Below the pieces are notes generated by a model. That model was not told where the DNA came from, did not search any database, and saw only the letters and a program-made list of their open reading frames with translations. Below are positions 38,291 to 51,381 of a stretch of 64,000 nucleotides of DNA, one piece after another. How positions within the stretch are numbered: the stretch's first letter is position 1; each line of letters begins with the position of its first letter. This DNA comes from Eutreptiella sp. 'Long Island Sound 2002' (taxonomy: Eukaryota > Protista > Euglenida): the NCBI GenBank assembly GCA_964036045.1, contig OZ038378.1:194680001-194744000 (forward strand), read 5' to 3'. The translations under genes were made by a program, and so were the position numbers.

Positions 38291-40794
38291 CAGTCCATTG
38301 ATCATTATGACAGTTCGAGATGCAGTGTATTTCACTGGAGGCTGCAGAATATTTTCCATCCCTCTTGGGCTTGTTGGCTACTGTGTCTCCTCCATGTGGA
38401 GGTTGTCTGCATTTCTCTCCTCATTCTTAGGGTTGATGATGAAGGCAACAGCAGAGGGGCTGAAGGTCCTGGGCTCAACAGAATGATGTGGAATGGACTT
38501 GGGACATATGTAATGTCTTTGCAATTGCACAGGCTCAAGGGATTCGCATGTGCACATCAAACAGCAAGCAAGCGATTGTGCCAGTCTCTATACATTTGCA
38601 TGGGATTGAGAGCATTTGCGAGGAGAGGGAGATGCAGGCTGGAAATTCAGTGGGTGGTCCGTGGGTGGTATGGTTTTGTCCTTCGGTGGGTTGAGCCCAG
38701 GGAATGCTCTGCAATACGACGGTCAATCTGCCTGTTAGGGCAGGCACAAGCTGCACATGAATGGGTGTTTGAGCCTGAATTAGTCCGCAGCACTACAGCG
38801 AGTAGTGTTTGATGCCAATCTGCCGCTGAACAGTATCAGTGGGGTTTGGAGTCAATGTGAGGGTTCCGAATGAGGCCACTTTGTTTCATCATCTTTGAAT
38901 GGATGTGGTTGCCTGGGAGATTCCAAGGATTTACTGGCTGTCAGTCCTCCACATGTCCAACACGTACCCAACATTGGAATGCTTTCGAGAGCTCAGTGTT
39001 GGATTTCTTATGAGTCCACTAACCATAGCCCAAGTCCGGCATCATACCCACATTGGGCCTGAGGTGTCACCAAAGCTGCGTGCAAAGCAAAAGGCTGCCC
39101 AATAGCTTTCCATGCCATGCCAGCTTAAGGGTCGGGTGTGCGGGGGTGGGAATTTTCGAAGAGGCTCCAACTGCTTGAAATGGCATAGCCCCCCCCCACC
39201 CCCCACCCCCCACCCCACCACCCAATGGAGCATAGGGACACCTGTACCACTCTTACCAGAAATATGTTTCCACGGCGTGGACAGATAATTTCCTCCTAAA
39301 AGCCCGAACCAGTGCGTGCACCTGGAAGCGCCAACCAGCACACATACCCAGCCTCACCCCCCGCTCCCCTTGGAGGGCTGGGACGCCTACCCACTGATGT
39401 GTACATGATGTGGACGCAGTTCCCACACAATCTTGATAACTACCCTGGGCTTACCTTGAGTTTGTCCAGGAGCGCCACGATATCCAGCCAAGAAAATCCC
39501 AGTCAGTGACACTGCCACAGGCCCACACCCCCTCCTCTGTCACCACGGCTGTCGCGCCCCAATGCACTCCAACCCTGAAGCACCAGAAGGAGAATCCGGA
39601 AAAGTTTGCCCGTGCCCATTGCATTGGCGCTCGCGAGCCGTAAGCGACTCCCCGGCAGCACTCCATTGCCCAATTGCCCTTGCTCAGCACAGCACCGCAA
39701 GGGTGGAGATGGGGAACGTGATCCCCATGCCATCACAAGACGCCTCTTTTTCTCAAAACTGAGCCTCACAGTGGGTATCTTTTTTTAACTCAATTCCATT
39801 GTCGTGACGAAGACGCATTTTTACAAATCATTTGGCAGGATTTTTACACAACGGTTTTGGGGTAAGGAGCCTTTAACATGACAAATCAAATGCTAACGCA
39901 CAAGCAGCGGGCCGCAGGCGGAGATGCCCCGGCCGATGCTCGGATGGGGCCATGTCTGCTGGCGGGGGATGGAGATGGAGAGGGAGTGGGCGAGGACGAG
40001 CTGCCCGGTGATGGTGGAAGAGGGACACACGGTCACATTGTGCAGGGCTCAAGGGAGCCCATACTCGGGAGGGAGGAGGGCCCAAGCCTCGTAGGGCAAC
40101 AACGCGCACAACTCGTTCCCCTTCAAACATGACATGCGACGGAGTGGTGGTGTTGGTGGTTGCGGTGCTGTCGGTGTTGCCAATATTTTTTGTCGCGTGG
40201 GGCGGTGCTGGGCCATGTATTCTGTTCTGTTTGTACATCGGACCCTCTGACATTTGGGCCGGAGCTGCAGAGCGTCAGGCGATGTTGCTTTGGCACCTCA
40301 GGGCCCGTTTGGGGGCAGATCTTTCGGAGTGCCAAGACTCGCAGTATGCCAGGCATCAAGCGCCACACACTGGGCACTGGGGCCCAACGGGGGGGAAAGG
40401 TCAGCCGGTTCGGTGGCTGTGGGGCAGGAGTGTGCGCGGACGTACCCCCCCAACCCCCTGGGTCCGTGAGGCGGTGTCGGATCCCTCGCAGCAGCAGTAC
40501 TCGAACAGACCAGGGTCTCGGGCAGGGCCGTAGGCGCAGGGTGCTCGACAGCACTTTCCGTCCGGGAACCTACCACCCGTTTTATATTACGCCGAGAGCT
40601 GCCTCGGTGGCTGGCGCATCACCCGCGGCAGTGCGCCCCCGCCTTGCCGGCACGTGCCATGCGCCGGCAGGTGTGCGCCGACCACCATCCAGTCCACTAT
40701 AAATCTATCCCACCGCTGACTGCTACGCGGACGCAGCAGTGGACTTGACAGCTGCAGTTTGTTTGCTTTTTGTTGCTGTGCAGGAGGCTCTGGT
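38291..40794 (+). repeat. Left arm of a 2,504-bp inverted repeat
   Basis: Reverse complement of 61482-63985. Mirrored ORFs in the track have identical translations and a constant coordinate sum of 102276. Outer end cagtccattgatc, inner end ggctctggt. Confidence 0.97.
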
Positions 40795-43700
40795 TGAAAA
40801 AAATTCAGCTCTGTGAAGTGCGCAATCAAATTTTTATCAAATAGACATGAATCCCATGCAGCTGCAATTGGCTGAATGACAGAATGAATCACGGCACTTT
40901 GACCTGAGCGAAACATGCTGAAATCTGTGGCCCCACGCCTGCTTGAAAACATTTCAGCACTGTGAACCTGGCTGGATCACTCTGCGTTGCAAAGCTCCCA
41001 GAAGTTGATCACTATGGCTGTCAAATGCTGCAGCAAAGCAGGGGCAGCTGGGTGGCACAATGCACTCCAGAAGAAATGAGCAGAAACAACCTGGCTGGAT
41101 GTAGTCCCTTCCTCAAACCCGAGACCTTGGTTCCCCGGAAACATGCAATTGTGCACATGGGCTCTGGCCAACATGGCCAAGTACTCGGCTTTACAAAATG
41201 CAGGCATGACCTACCAGACAATCTCAGTCTGCTCCATAGCAGACTTGGAACATTTTGAGAAATGAAAATCTACATTGAAAACCAAACACATGACACCAAG
41301 GATGGTGCCCATCACATGCCATTGCACACTCAGGAAACTAGGCAAAAAAGGGCAATTTGTGTGCGATTTGGTGAAAAAATCTCCGGGGGGGGGATATTTC
41401 TTCCTTCGAGAGGGGGTAGCCAGGGGGGCCATGTTTCTTCTTTCGAGACGGGGGGGGGGCATTGGCATGGCGGGTCCATTGGCATGGGGGGAGGGGGGGG
41501 GTGGCGTTGTTGTCCTGCACACCTGAATAGCTGTCCTACATCCACCAGAACCATCAAAAACCCATTACCCTGGAAAAAGAAGGTGATGTGGAAATGACCC
41601 GAGGCCTGGTTCAAAATTTTTCAGCACCATATACTTTATGTGGCAGTCAATGAAGCTGACGAGCGTGGCCTGCATTGGATCGCAACATACCACTGGGTCC
41701 AGATGTGGCACTGATCAGGGAAGCATTGTGGAAACCAGGCACACAACAGAGCTGAAAGTGGTGGCCCCAGGCCTGCTTGAAGAAATTCAGCTCTGTGAAG
41801 TGCGCAATCAAATTTTTATCAAATAGACATGAATCCCATGCAGCTGCAATTGGCTGAATGACAGAATGAATCACGGCACTTTGACCTGAGCGAAACATGC
41901 TGAAATCTGTGGCCCCACACCTGCTTGAAAACATTTCAGCACTGTGAACCTGGCTGGATCACTCTGCGTTGCAAAGCTCCCAGAAGTTGATCACTATGGC
42001 GGTCAAATGCTGCAGCAAAGCAGGGGCAGCTGGGTGGCACAATGCACTCCAGAAGAAATGAGCAGAAACAACCTGGCTGGATGTAGTCCCTTCCTCAAAC
42101 CCGAGACCTTGGTTCCCCGGAAACATGCAATTGTGCACATGGGCTCTGGCCAACATGGCCAAGTACTCGGCTTTACAAAATGCAGGCATGACCTACCAGA
42201 CAATCTCAGTCTGCTCCATAGGAGACTTGGAACATTTTGAGAAATGAAAATCTACATTGAAAACCAAACACATGACACCAAGGATGGTGCCCATCACATG
42301 CCATTGCACACTCAGGAAACTAGGCAAAAAAGGGCAATTTGTGTGCGATTTGGTGAAAAAATCTCCGGGGGGGGGGGATGTTTCTTCCTTCGAGAGGGGG
42401 TAGCCAGGGGGGCCATGTTTCTTCTTTCGAGACGGGGGGGGGGGCATTGGCATGGCGGGTCCATTGGCATGGGGGGAGGGGGGGGGTGGCGTTGTTGTCC
42501 TGTACACCTGAATAGCTGTCCTACATCCACCAGAACCATCAAAAACCCATTACCCTGGAAAAAGAAGGTGATGTGGAAATGACCCGAGGCCTGGTTCAAA
42601 ATTTTTCAGCACCATATACTTTATGTGGCAGTCAATGAAGCTGACGAGCGTGGCCTGAATTGGATCGCAACATACCACTGGGTCCAGATGTGGCACTGAT
42701 CAGGGAAGCATTGTGGAAACCAGGCACACAACAGAGCTGAAAGTGGTGGCCCCAGGCCTGCTTGAAAAAATTCAGCTCTGTGAAGTGCGCAATAAAATTT
42801 TTATCAAATAGACGTGAATCCCATGCAACTGCAATTGGCTGAATGACAGAATGAATCACGGCACTTTGACCTGAGCGAAACATGCTGAAATCTGTGGCCC
42901 CACGCCTGCTTGAAAACATTTCAGCATTGTGAACCTGGCTGGATCACTGTGCGTTGCAAAGCTCCCAGAAGTTGATCACTATGGCGGTCAAATGCTGCAG
43001 CAAAGCAGGGGCAGCTGGGTGGCACAATGCACTCCAGAAGAAATGAGCAGAAACAACCTGGCTGGATGTAGTCCCTTCCTCAAACCCGAGACCTTGGTTC
43101 CCCGGAAACATGCAATTGTGCACATGGGCTCTGGCCAACATGGCCAAGTACTCGGCTTTACAAAATGCAGGCATGACCTACCAGACAATCTCAGTCTGCT
43201 CCATAGGAGACTTGGAACATTTTGAGAAATGAAAATCTACATTGAAAACCAAACACATGACACCAAGGATGGTGCCCATCACATGCCATTGCACGCTCAG
43301 GAAACTAGGCAAAAAAGGGCAATTTGTGTGCGATTTGGTGAAAAAATCTCCGGGGGGGGAGATGTTTCTTCCTTCGAGAGGGGGTAGCCAGGGGGGCCAT
43401 ATTTCTTCTTTCGAGACGGGGGGGCGGCATTGGCATGGCGGGTCCATTGGCATGGGGGGAGGGGGGGGGTGGCGTTGTTGTCCTGCACACCTGAATAGCT
43501 GTCCTACATCCACCAGAACCATCAAAAACCCATTACCCTGGAAAAAGAAGGTGATGTGGAAATGACCCGAGGCCTGGTTCAAAATTTTTCAGCACCATAT
43601 ACTTTATGTGGCAGTCAATGAAGCTGACGAGCGTGGCCTGAATTGGATCGCAACATACCACTGGGTCCAGATGTGGCACTGATCAGGGAAGCATTGTGGA

Positions 43701-46700
43701 AACCAGGCACACAACAGAGCTGAAAGTGGTGGCCCCAGGCCTGCTTGAAAAAATTCAGCTCTGTGAAGTGCGCAATAAAATTTTTATCAAATAGACGTGA
43801 ATCCCATGCAACTGCAATTGGCTGAATGACAGAATGAATCACGGCACTTTGACCTGAGCGAAACATGCTGAAATCTGTGGCCCCTCGCCTGCTTGAAAAC
43901 ATTTCAGCATTGTGAACCTGGCTGGATCACTCTGCGTTGCAAAGCTCCCAGAAGTTGATCACTATGGCGGTCAAATGCTGCAGCAAAGCAGGGGCAGCTG
44001 GGTGGCACAATGCACTCCAGAAGAAATGAGCAGAAACAACCTGGCTGGATGTAGTCCCTTCCTCAAACCCGAGACCTTGGTTCCCCGGAAACATGCAATT
44101 GTGCACATGGGCTCTGGCCAACATGGCCAAGTACTCGGCTTTACAAAATGCAGGCATGACCTACCAGACAATCTGAGTCTGCTCCATAGGAGACTTGGAA
44201 CATTTTGAGAAATGAAAATCTACATTGAAAACCAAACACATGACACCAAGGATGGTGCCCATCACATGCCATTGCACACTCAGGAAACTAGGCAAAAAAG
44301 GGCAATTTTGTGCGATTTGGTGAAAAAATCTCGGGAGGGGGGATGTTTCTTCCTTCGAGAGGGGGTAGCCAGGGGGGCCATGTTTCTTCTTTCGAGACGG
44401 GGGGGGGGGCATTGGCATGGCGGGGCCATTGGCATGGGGGGTCCATTGGCATGGGAGGGGGGGGGGCGTTGTTGTCCTGCACACCTGAATAGCTGTCCTA
44501 CATCCACCAGAACCATCAAAAACCCATTACCCTGGAAAAAGAAGGTGATGTGGAAATGACCCGAGGCCTGGTTCAAAATTTTTCAGCACCATATACTTTA
44601 TGTGGCAGTCAATGAAGCTGACGAGCGTGGCCTGCATTGGATCGCAACATACCACTGGGTCCAGATGTGGCACTGATCAGGGAAGCATTGTGGAAACCAG
44701 GCACACAACAGAGCTGAAAGTGGTGGCCCCAGGCCTGCTTGAAAAAATTCAGCTCTGTGAAGTGCGCAATCAAATTTTTATCAAATAGACATGAATCCCA
44801 TGCAACTGCAATTGGCTGAATGACAGAATGAATCACGGCACTTTGACCTGAGCGAAACATGCTGAAATCTGTGGCCCCACGCCTGCTTGAAAACATTTCA
44901 GCACTGTGAACCTGGCTGGATCACTCTGCGTTGCAAAGCTCCCAGAAGTTGATCACTATGGCTGTCAAATGCTGCAGCAAAGCAGGGGCAGCTGGGTGGC
45001 ACAATGCACTCCAGAAGAAATGAGCAGAAACAACCTGGCTGGATGTAGTCCCTTCCTCAAACCCGAGACCTTGGTTCCCCGGAAACATGCAATTGTGCAC
45101 ATGGGCTCTGGCCAACATGGCCAAGTACTCGGCTTTACAAAATGCAGGCATGACCTACCAGACAATCTCAGTCTGCTCCATAGGAGACTTGGAACATTTT
45201 GAGAAATGAAAATCTACATTGAAAACCAAACACATGACACCAAGGATGGTGCCCATCACATGCCATTGCACACTCAGGAAACTAGGCAAAAAAGGGCAAT
45301 CTGTGTGCGATTTTGTGAAAAAATCTCCGGGGGGGGGATGTTTCTTCCTTCGAGAGGGGGTAGCCAGGGGGGCCATGTTTCTTCTTTCGAGACGGGGGGG
45401 GGCATTGGCATGGGGGGTCCATTGGCATGGGGGGAGGGGGGGGGTGGCGTTGTTGTCCTGCACACCTGAATAGCTGTCCTACATCCACCAGAACCATCAA
45501 AAACCCATTACCCTGGAAAAAGAAGGTGATGTGGAAATGACCCGAGGCCTGGTTCAAAATTTTTCAGCACCATATACTTTATGTGGCAGTCAATGAAGCT
45601 GACGAGCGTGGCCTGAATTGGATCGCAACATACCACTGGGTCCAGATGTGGCACTGATCAGGGAAGCATTGTGGAAACCAGGCACACAACAGAGCTGAAA
45701 GTGGTGGCCCCAGGCCTGCTTGAAAAAATTCAGCTCTGTGAAGTGCGCAATAAAATTTTTATCAAATAGACGTGAATCCCATGCAACTGCAATTGGCTGA
45801 ATGACAGAATGAATCACGGCACTTTGACCTGAGCGAAACATGCTGAAATCTGTGGCCCCACGCCTGCTTGAAAACATTTCAGCATTGTGAACCTGGCTGG
45901 ATCACTCTGCGTTGCAAAGCTCCCAGAAGTTGATCACTATGGCGGTCAAATGCTGCAGCAAAGCAGGGGCAGCTGGCTGGCACAATGCACTCCAGAAGAA
46001 ATGAGCAGAAACAACCTGGCTGGATGTAGTCCCTTCCTCAAACCCGAGACCTTGGTTCCCCGGAAACATGCAATTGTGCACATGGGCTCTGGCCAACATG
46101 GCCAAGTACTCGGCTTTACAAAATGCAGGCATGACCTACCAGACAATCTCAGTCTGCTCCATAGGAGACTTGGAACATTTTGAGAAATGAAAATCTACAT
46201 TGAAAACCAAACACATGACACCAAGGATGGTGCCCATCACATGCCATTGCACACTCAGGAAACTAGGCAAAAAAGGGCAATTTTGTGCGATTTGGTGAAA
46301 AAATCTCGGGGGGGGGGGGATTTTTCTTCCTTCGAGAGGGGGTAGCCAGGGGGGCCATGTTTCTTCTTTCGAGACGGGGGGGGGGCATTGGCATGGCGGG
46401 TCCATTGGCATGGGGGGTCCATTGGCATGGGGGGGGGGGGCGTTGTTGTCCTGCACACCTGAACAGCTGTCCTACATCCACCAGAACCATCAAAAACCCA
46501 TTACCCTGGAAAAAGAAGGTGCTGTGGAAATGACCAGAGGCCTGGTTCAAAATTTTTCAGCACCATATACTTTATGTGGCAGTCAATGAAACTGATGAGC
46601 GTGGCCTGAATTGCATCGCAACATACCACTGGGTCCAGATGTGGCACTGATCAGGGAAGCATTGTGGAAACCAGGCACACAACAGAGCTGAAAGTGGTGG

Positions 46701-49500
46701 CCCCAGGCCTGCTTGAAAAAAATTCAGCTCTGTGAAGTGCGCAATAATAATGTTTTCAAATAGACATGAATCCCATGCAACTGCAATTGGCTGAATGACA
46801 GAATGAATCACGGCACTTTGACCTGAGCGAAACATGCTGAAATCTGTGGCCCCACGCCTGCTTGAAAACATTTCAGCACTGTGAACCTGGCTGGATCACT
46901 CTGCGTTGCAAAGCTCCCAGAAGTTGATCACTATGGCTGTCAAATGCTGCAGCAAAGCAGGGGCAGCTGGGTGGCACAATGCACTCCAGAAGAAATGAGC
47001 AGAAACAACCTGGCTGGATGTAGTCCCTTCCTCAAACCCGAGACCTTGGTTCCCCGGAAACATGCAATTGTGCACATGGGCTCTGGCCAACATGGCCAAG
47101 TACTCGGCTTTACAAAATGCAGGCATGACCTACCAGACAATCTCAGTCTGCTCCATAGGAGACTTGGAACATTTTGAGAAATGAAAATCTACATTGAAAA
47201 CCAAACACATGACACCAAGGATGGTGCCCATCACATGCCATTGCACACTCAGGAAACTAGGCAAAAAAGGGCAATTTTGTGCGATTTGGTGAAAAAATCT
47301 CGGGGGGGGGGGGATGTTTCTTCCTTCGAGAGGGGGTAGCCAGGGAGGTCATGTTTCTTCTTTCGAGACGGGGGGGGGGCATTGGCATGGCGGGTCCATT
47401 GGCATGGGGGGTCCATTGGCATGGGGGGGGGGGGGGGCGTTGTTGTCCTGCACACCTGAATAGCTGTCCTACATCCACCAGAACCATCAAAAACCCATTG
47501 CCCTGGAAAAAGAAGGTGATGTGGAAATGACCCGAGGCCTGGTTCAAAATTTTTCAGCACCATATACTTTATGTGGCAGTCAATGAAGCTGACGAGCGTG
47601 GCCTGCATTGGATCGCAACATACCACTGCGTCCAGATGTGGCACTGATCAGGGAAGCATTGTGGAAACCAGGCACACAACAGAGCTGAAAGTGGTGGCCC
47701 CAGGCCTGCTTGAAAAAATTCAGCTCTGTGAAGTGCGCAATAAAATTTTTATCAAATAGACATGAATCCCATGCAACTGCAATTGGCTGAATGACAGAAT
47801 GAATCACGGCACTTTGACCTGAGCGAAACATGCTGAAATCTGTGGCCCCACGCCTGCTTGAAAACATTTCAGCACTGTGAACCTGGCTGGATCACTCTGC
47901 GTTGCAAAGCTCCCAGAAGTTGATCACTATGGCTGTCAAATGCTGCAGCAAAGCAGGGGCAGCTGGGTGGCACAATGCACTCCAGAAGAAATGAGCAGAA
48001 ACAACCTGGCTGGATGTAGTCCCTTCCTCAAACCCGAGACCTTGGTTCCCCGGAAACATGCAATTGTGCACATGGGCTCTGGCCAACATGGCCAAGTACT
48101 CGGCTTTACAAAATGCAGGCATGACCTACCAGACAATCTCAGTCTGCTCCATAGGAGACTTGGAACATTTTGAGAAATGAAAATCTACATTGAAAACCAA
48201 ACACATGACACCAAGGATGGTGCCCATCACATGCCATTGCACACTCAGGAAACTAGGCAAAAAAGGGCAATTTTGTGCGATTTGGTGAAAAAATCTCGGG
48301 GGGGGGGGATGTTTCTTCCTTCGAGAGGGGGTAGCCAGGGGGGCCATGTTTCTTCTTTCGAGACGGGGGGGGGGCATTGGCATGGCGGGTCCATTGGCAT
48401 GGGGGGTCCATTGGCATGGGGGGGGGGGGGCGTTGTTGTCCTGCACACCTGAACAGCTGTCCTACATCCACCAGAACCATCAAAAACCCATTACCCTGGA
48501 AAAAGAAGGTGATGTGGAAATGACCCGAGGCCTGGTTCAAAATTTTTCAGCACCATATACTTTATGTGGCAGTCAATGAAGCTGACGAGCGTGGCCTGAA
48601 TTGGATCGCAACATACCACTGGGTCCAGATGTGGCACTGATCAGGGAAGCATTGTGGAAACCAGGCACACAACAGAGCTGAAAGTGGTGGCCCCAGGCCT
48701 GCTTGAAAAAATTCAGCTCTGTGAAGTGCGCAATAAAATTTTTATCAAATAGACATGAATCCCATGCAACTGCAATTGGCTGAATGACAGAATGAATCAC
48801 GGCACTTTGACCTGAGCGAAACATGCTGAAATCTGTGGCCCCACACCTGCTTGAAAACATTTCAGCACTGTGAACCTGGCTGGATCACTCTGCGTTGCAA
48901 AGCTCCCAGAAGTTGATCACTATGGCTGTCAAATGCTGCAGCAAAGCAGGGGCAGCTGGGTGGCACAATGCACTCCAGAAGAAATGAGCAGAAACAACCT
49001 GGCTGGATGTAGTCCCTTCCTCAAACCCGAGACCTTGGTTCCCCGGAAACATGCAATTGTGCACATGGGCTCTGGCCAACATGGCCAAGTACTCGGCTTT
49101 ACAAAATGCAGGCATGACCTACCAGACAATCTCAGTCTGCTCCATAGGAGACTTAGAACATTTTGAGAAATGAAAATCTACATTGAAAACCAAACACATG
49201 ACACCAAGGATGGTGCCCATCACATGCCATTGCACACTCAGGAAACTAGGCAAAAAAGGGCAATTTGTGTGCGATTTGGTGAAAAAATCTCGGGGGGGGG
49301 GATGTTTCTTCCTTCGAGAGGGGGTAGCCAGGGGGGCCATGTTTCTTCTTTCGAGACGGGGGGGGGGCATTGGCATGGGGGGTTCATTGGCATGGGGGGA
49401 GGGGGGGGGGCGTTGTTGTCCTGCACACCTGAATAGCTGTCCTACATCCACCAGAACCATCAAAAACCCATTACCCTGGAAAAAGAAGGTGATGTGGAAA
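40795..49500 (+). repeat. Tandem array of an ~981-996-bp unit, about 8.8 copies
   Basis: The same ORF-track marker recurs at 40962, 41944, 42929, 43912, 44906, 45887, 46881, 47877, 48870. Units differ by SNPs, poly-G length and 2 vs 3 copies of a cattggcatgg subrepeat. Confidence 0.98.
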
Positions 49501-50508
49501 ATTGGACCGTGGAACCAGGGGGCGGTTCTTGCGCAAGGTGGTTCCTAGGCATGGGAGGGGGGGGGGGTACCTAGTAAAAACTTTTTTTTGAAAAAACGTT
49601 TACTCGGCTTTACTACAGACCCGCTTAGCAGGCGCAAGCAGATTTTTGGGAACCTATTTCCCTTCGGGAATGTCCCTTGTAAAATACAACTTGTTCCCAA
49701 AACTGCGTCCAACGACCTGTGCCAAAACAGGTTCCCCCGCAGAGCGGATGAACATCACATTTGTCCCAGGGAGAAAGATGGCTGTGCTGTCAAGTTCCAA
49801 GTACTCGGCTTTACAAAATGCAGGCATGACCTACCAGACAATCTCAGTCTGCTCCATAGGAGACTTAGAACATTTTGAGAAATGAAAATCTACATTGAAA
49901 ACCAAACACATGACACCAAGGATGGTGCCCATCACATGCCATTGCACACTCAGGAAACTAGGCAAAAAAGGGCAATTTGTGTGCGATTTGGTGAAAAAAT
50001 CTCGGGGGGGGGGATGTTTCTTCCTTCGAGAGGGGGTAGCCAGGGGGGCCATGTTTCTTCTTTCGAGACGGGGGGGGGGCATTGGCATGGGGGGTTCATT
50101 GGCATGGGGGGAGGGGGGGGGGCGTTGTTGTCCTGCACACCTGAATAGCTGTCCTACATCCACCAGAACCATCAAAAACCCATTACCCTGGAAAAAGAAG
50201 GTGATGTGGAAAATTGGACCGTGGAACCAGGGGGCGGTTCTTGCGCAAGGTGGTTCCTAGGCATGGGAGGGGGGGGGGGTACCTAGTAAAAACTTTTTTT
50301 TGAAAAAACGTTTACTCGGCTTTACTACAGACCCGCTTGGCAGGCGCAAGCAGATTTTTGGGAACCTATTTCCCTTCGGGAATGTCCCTTGTAAAATACA
50401 ACTTGTTCCCAAAACTGCGTCCAACGACCTGTGCCAAAACAGGTTCCCCCGCAGAGCGGATGAACATCACATTTGTCCCAGGGAGAAAGATGGCTGTGCT
50501 GTCAAGTT
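49085..50508 (+). repeat. 712-bp tandem duplication spanning the right border of the array
   Basis: 49085-49796 repeated at 49797-50508; each copy is the last ~415 bp of array sequence plus ~297 bp of flank; CCA microhomology at the join. Confidence 0.93.
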
Positions 50509-50936
50509 CCATTCAGCGAAAGTGAGCAAAATGTCCTGCCATGAGTACAAAGGATACAAGTGGCAGTACCCCACAACACAGTCACCCACACAACAACACA
50601 ATGAGCCGTAACGAAAAATTTTGGGTTGACCAAGTGACGGTCCCCCAGCCCCCCCCGGGGAACGACAAGGGCTGGGGAACGACAAGGGGGGGGGGGGGCG
50701 GAAGGAAAGGGGGGCAGGGGGGTAGGAGTGAGACATTTGTTCCAGCTACCAGCATGTAGTCCCTTCCTCGATCTTGAGACGTCGATTCCGCTGAGACTTG
50801 ACTGCTGATGACCATTTCATGTGGATTGCCACTGCCCACCCATGTCCTCAGACATTCCACAATGGGGTTCCTCAGTGGACTACAAACGACCTTGTCGCCA
50901 AAGAGTCCACTGAACAGGAAGACATGGCAAAAACAA

Positions 50937-51381
50937 GAAAACACATGCAATGTCGGTACCCCGGACCCCCCTTGCAATCTCCGAGCGCGCGACGGTCTCC
51001 CGGGGGGGGGGGGGGATGGGAGACGGTCGCCAAGTGACGGTCTCCCGGGGGGGGGGGGGGAGATTGCAAGGGTATTTCAAGGCAAACTTGTGGTACCCTC
51101 CACTGATGCAAGCAAAGAGAACACAGGTGAAGACTGGGGTGATTCAACCACCACAGCCTCTAGCCTTGAGAGTTGAGCGCTCTCATGATCCACTGGAGTG
51201 ACCCCACCAGGGCATGTACCGAATGTGGCAAATCTGTGGCCCATTTGGTGAAGGGCCCATGACAGTGGCCAACACATGTGCACCAAGTGTTAACGAGAAA
51301 AACATGGAAGCGACGGTCTCCCGGGGGGGGTCGGGGTGGGGAGATTGCAAGGGGGGGTTAGGGTACCTTTGCTTTGTTTTC
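50937..51381. mobile_element. MITE-like element with ~45-bp imperfect terminal inverted repeats
   Basis: gaaaacacatgcaatgtcggtaccccggaccccccttgcaatctcc vs the reverse complement of ggagattgcaagggggggttagggtacctttgctttgttttc; internal gacggtctcccggggg motif three times. Confidence 0.65.

Noticed and set aside
37952-38812. 286-aa ORF crossing the outer end of the left arm
   Set aside because: No recognisable motif; probably a chance or decayed frame, though a profile search was not possible
40129-40533. Signal-anchored protein in the inverted arm (mirror 61743-62147)
   Set aside because: The hydrophobic start derives from a GGT/GTT-rich stretch and there is no supporting homology or exon chain; cannot be supported
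40795-49500. 5S rRNA, spliced-leader, snRNA, tRNA or histone gene array
   Set aside because: No recognisable sequence of these genes in the unit. The short repeated ORFs (98, 76, 66 aa) overlap in several frames and have no family motifs.
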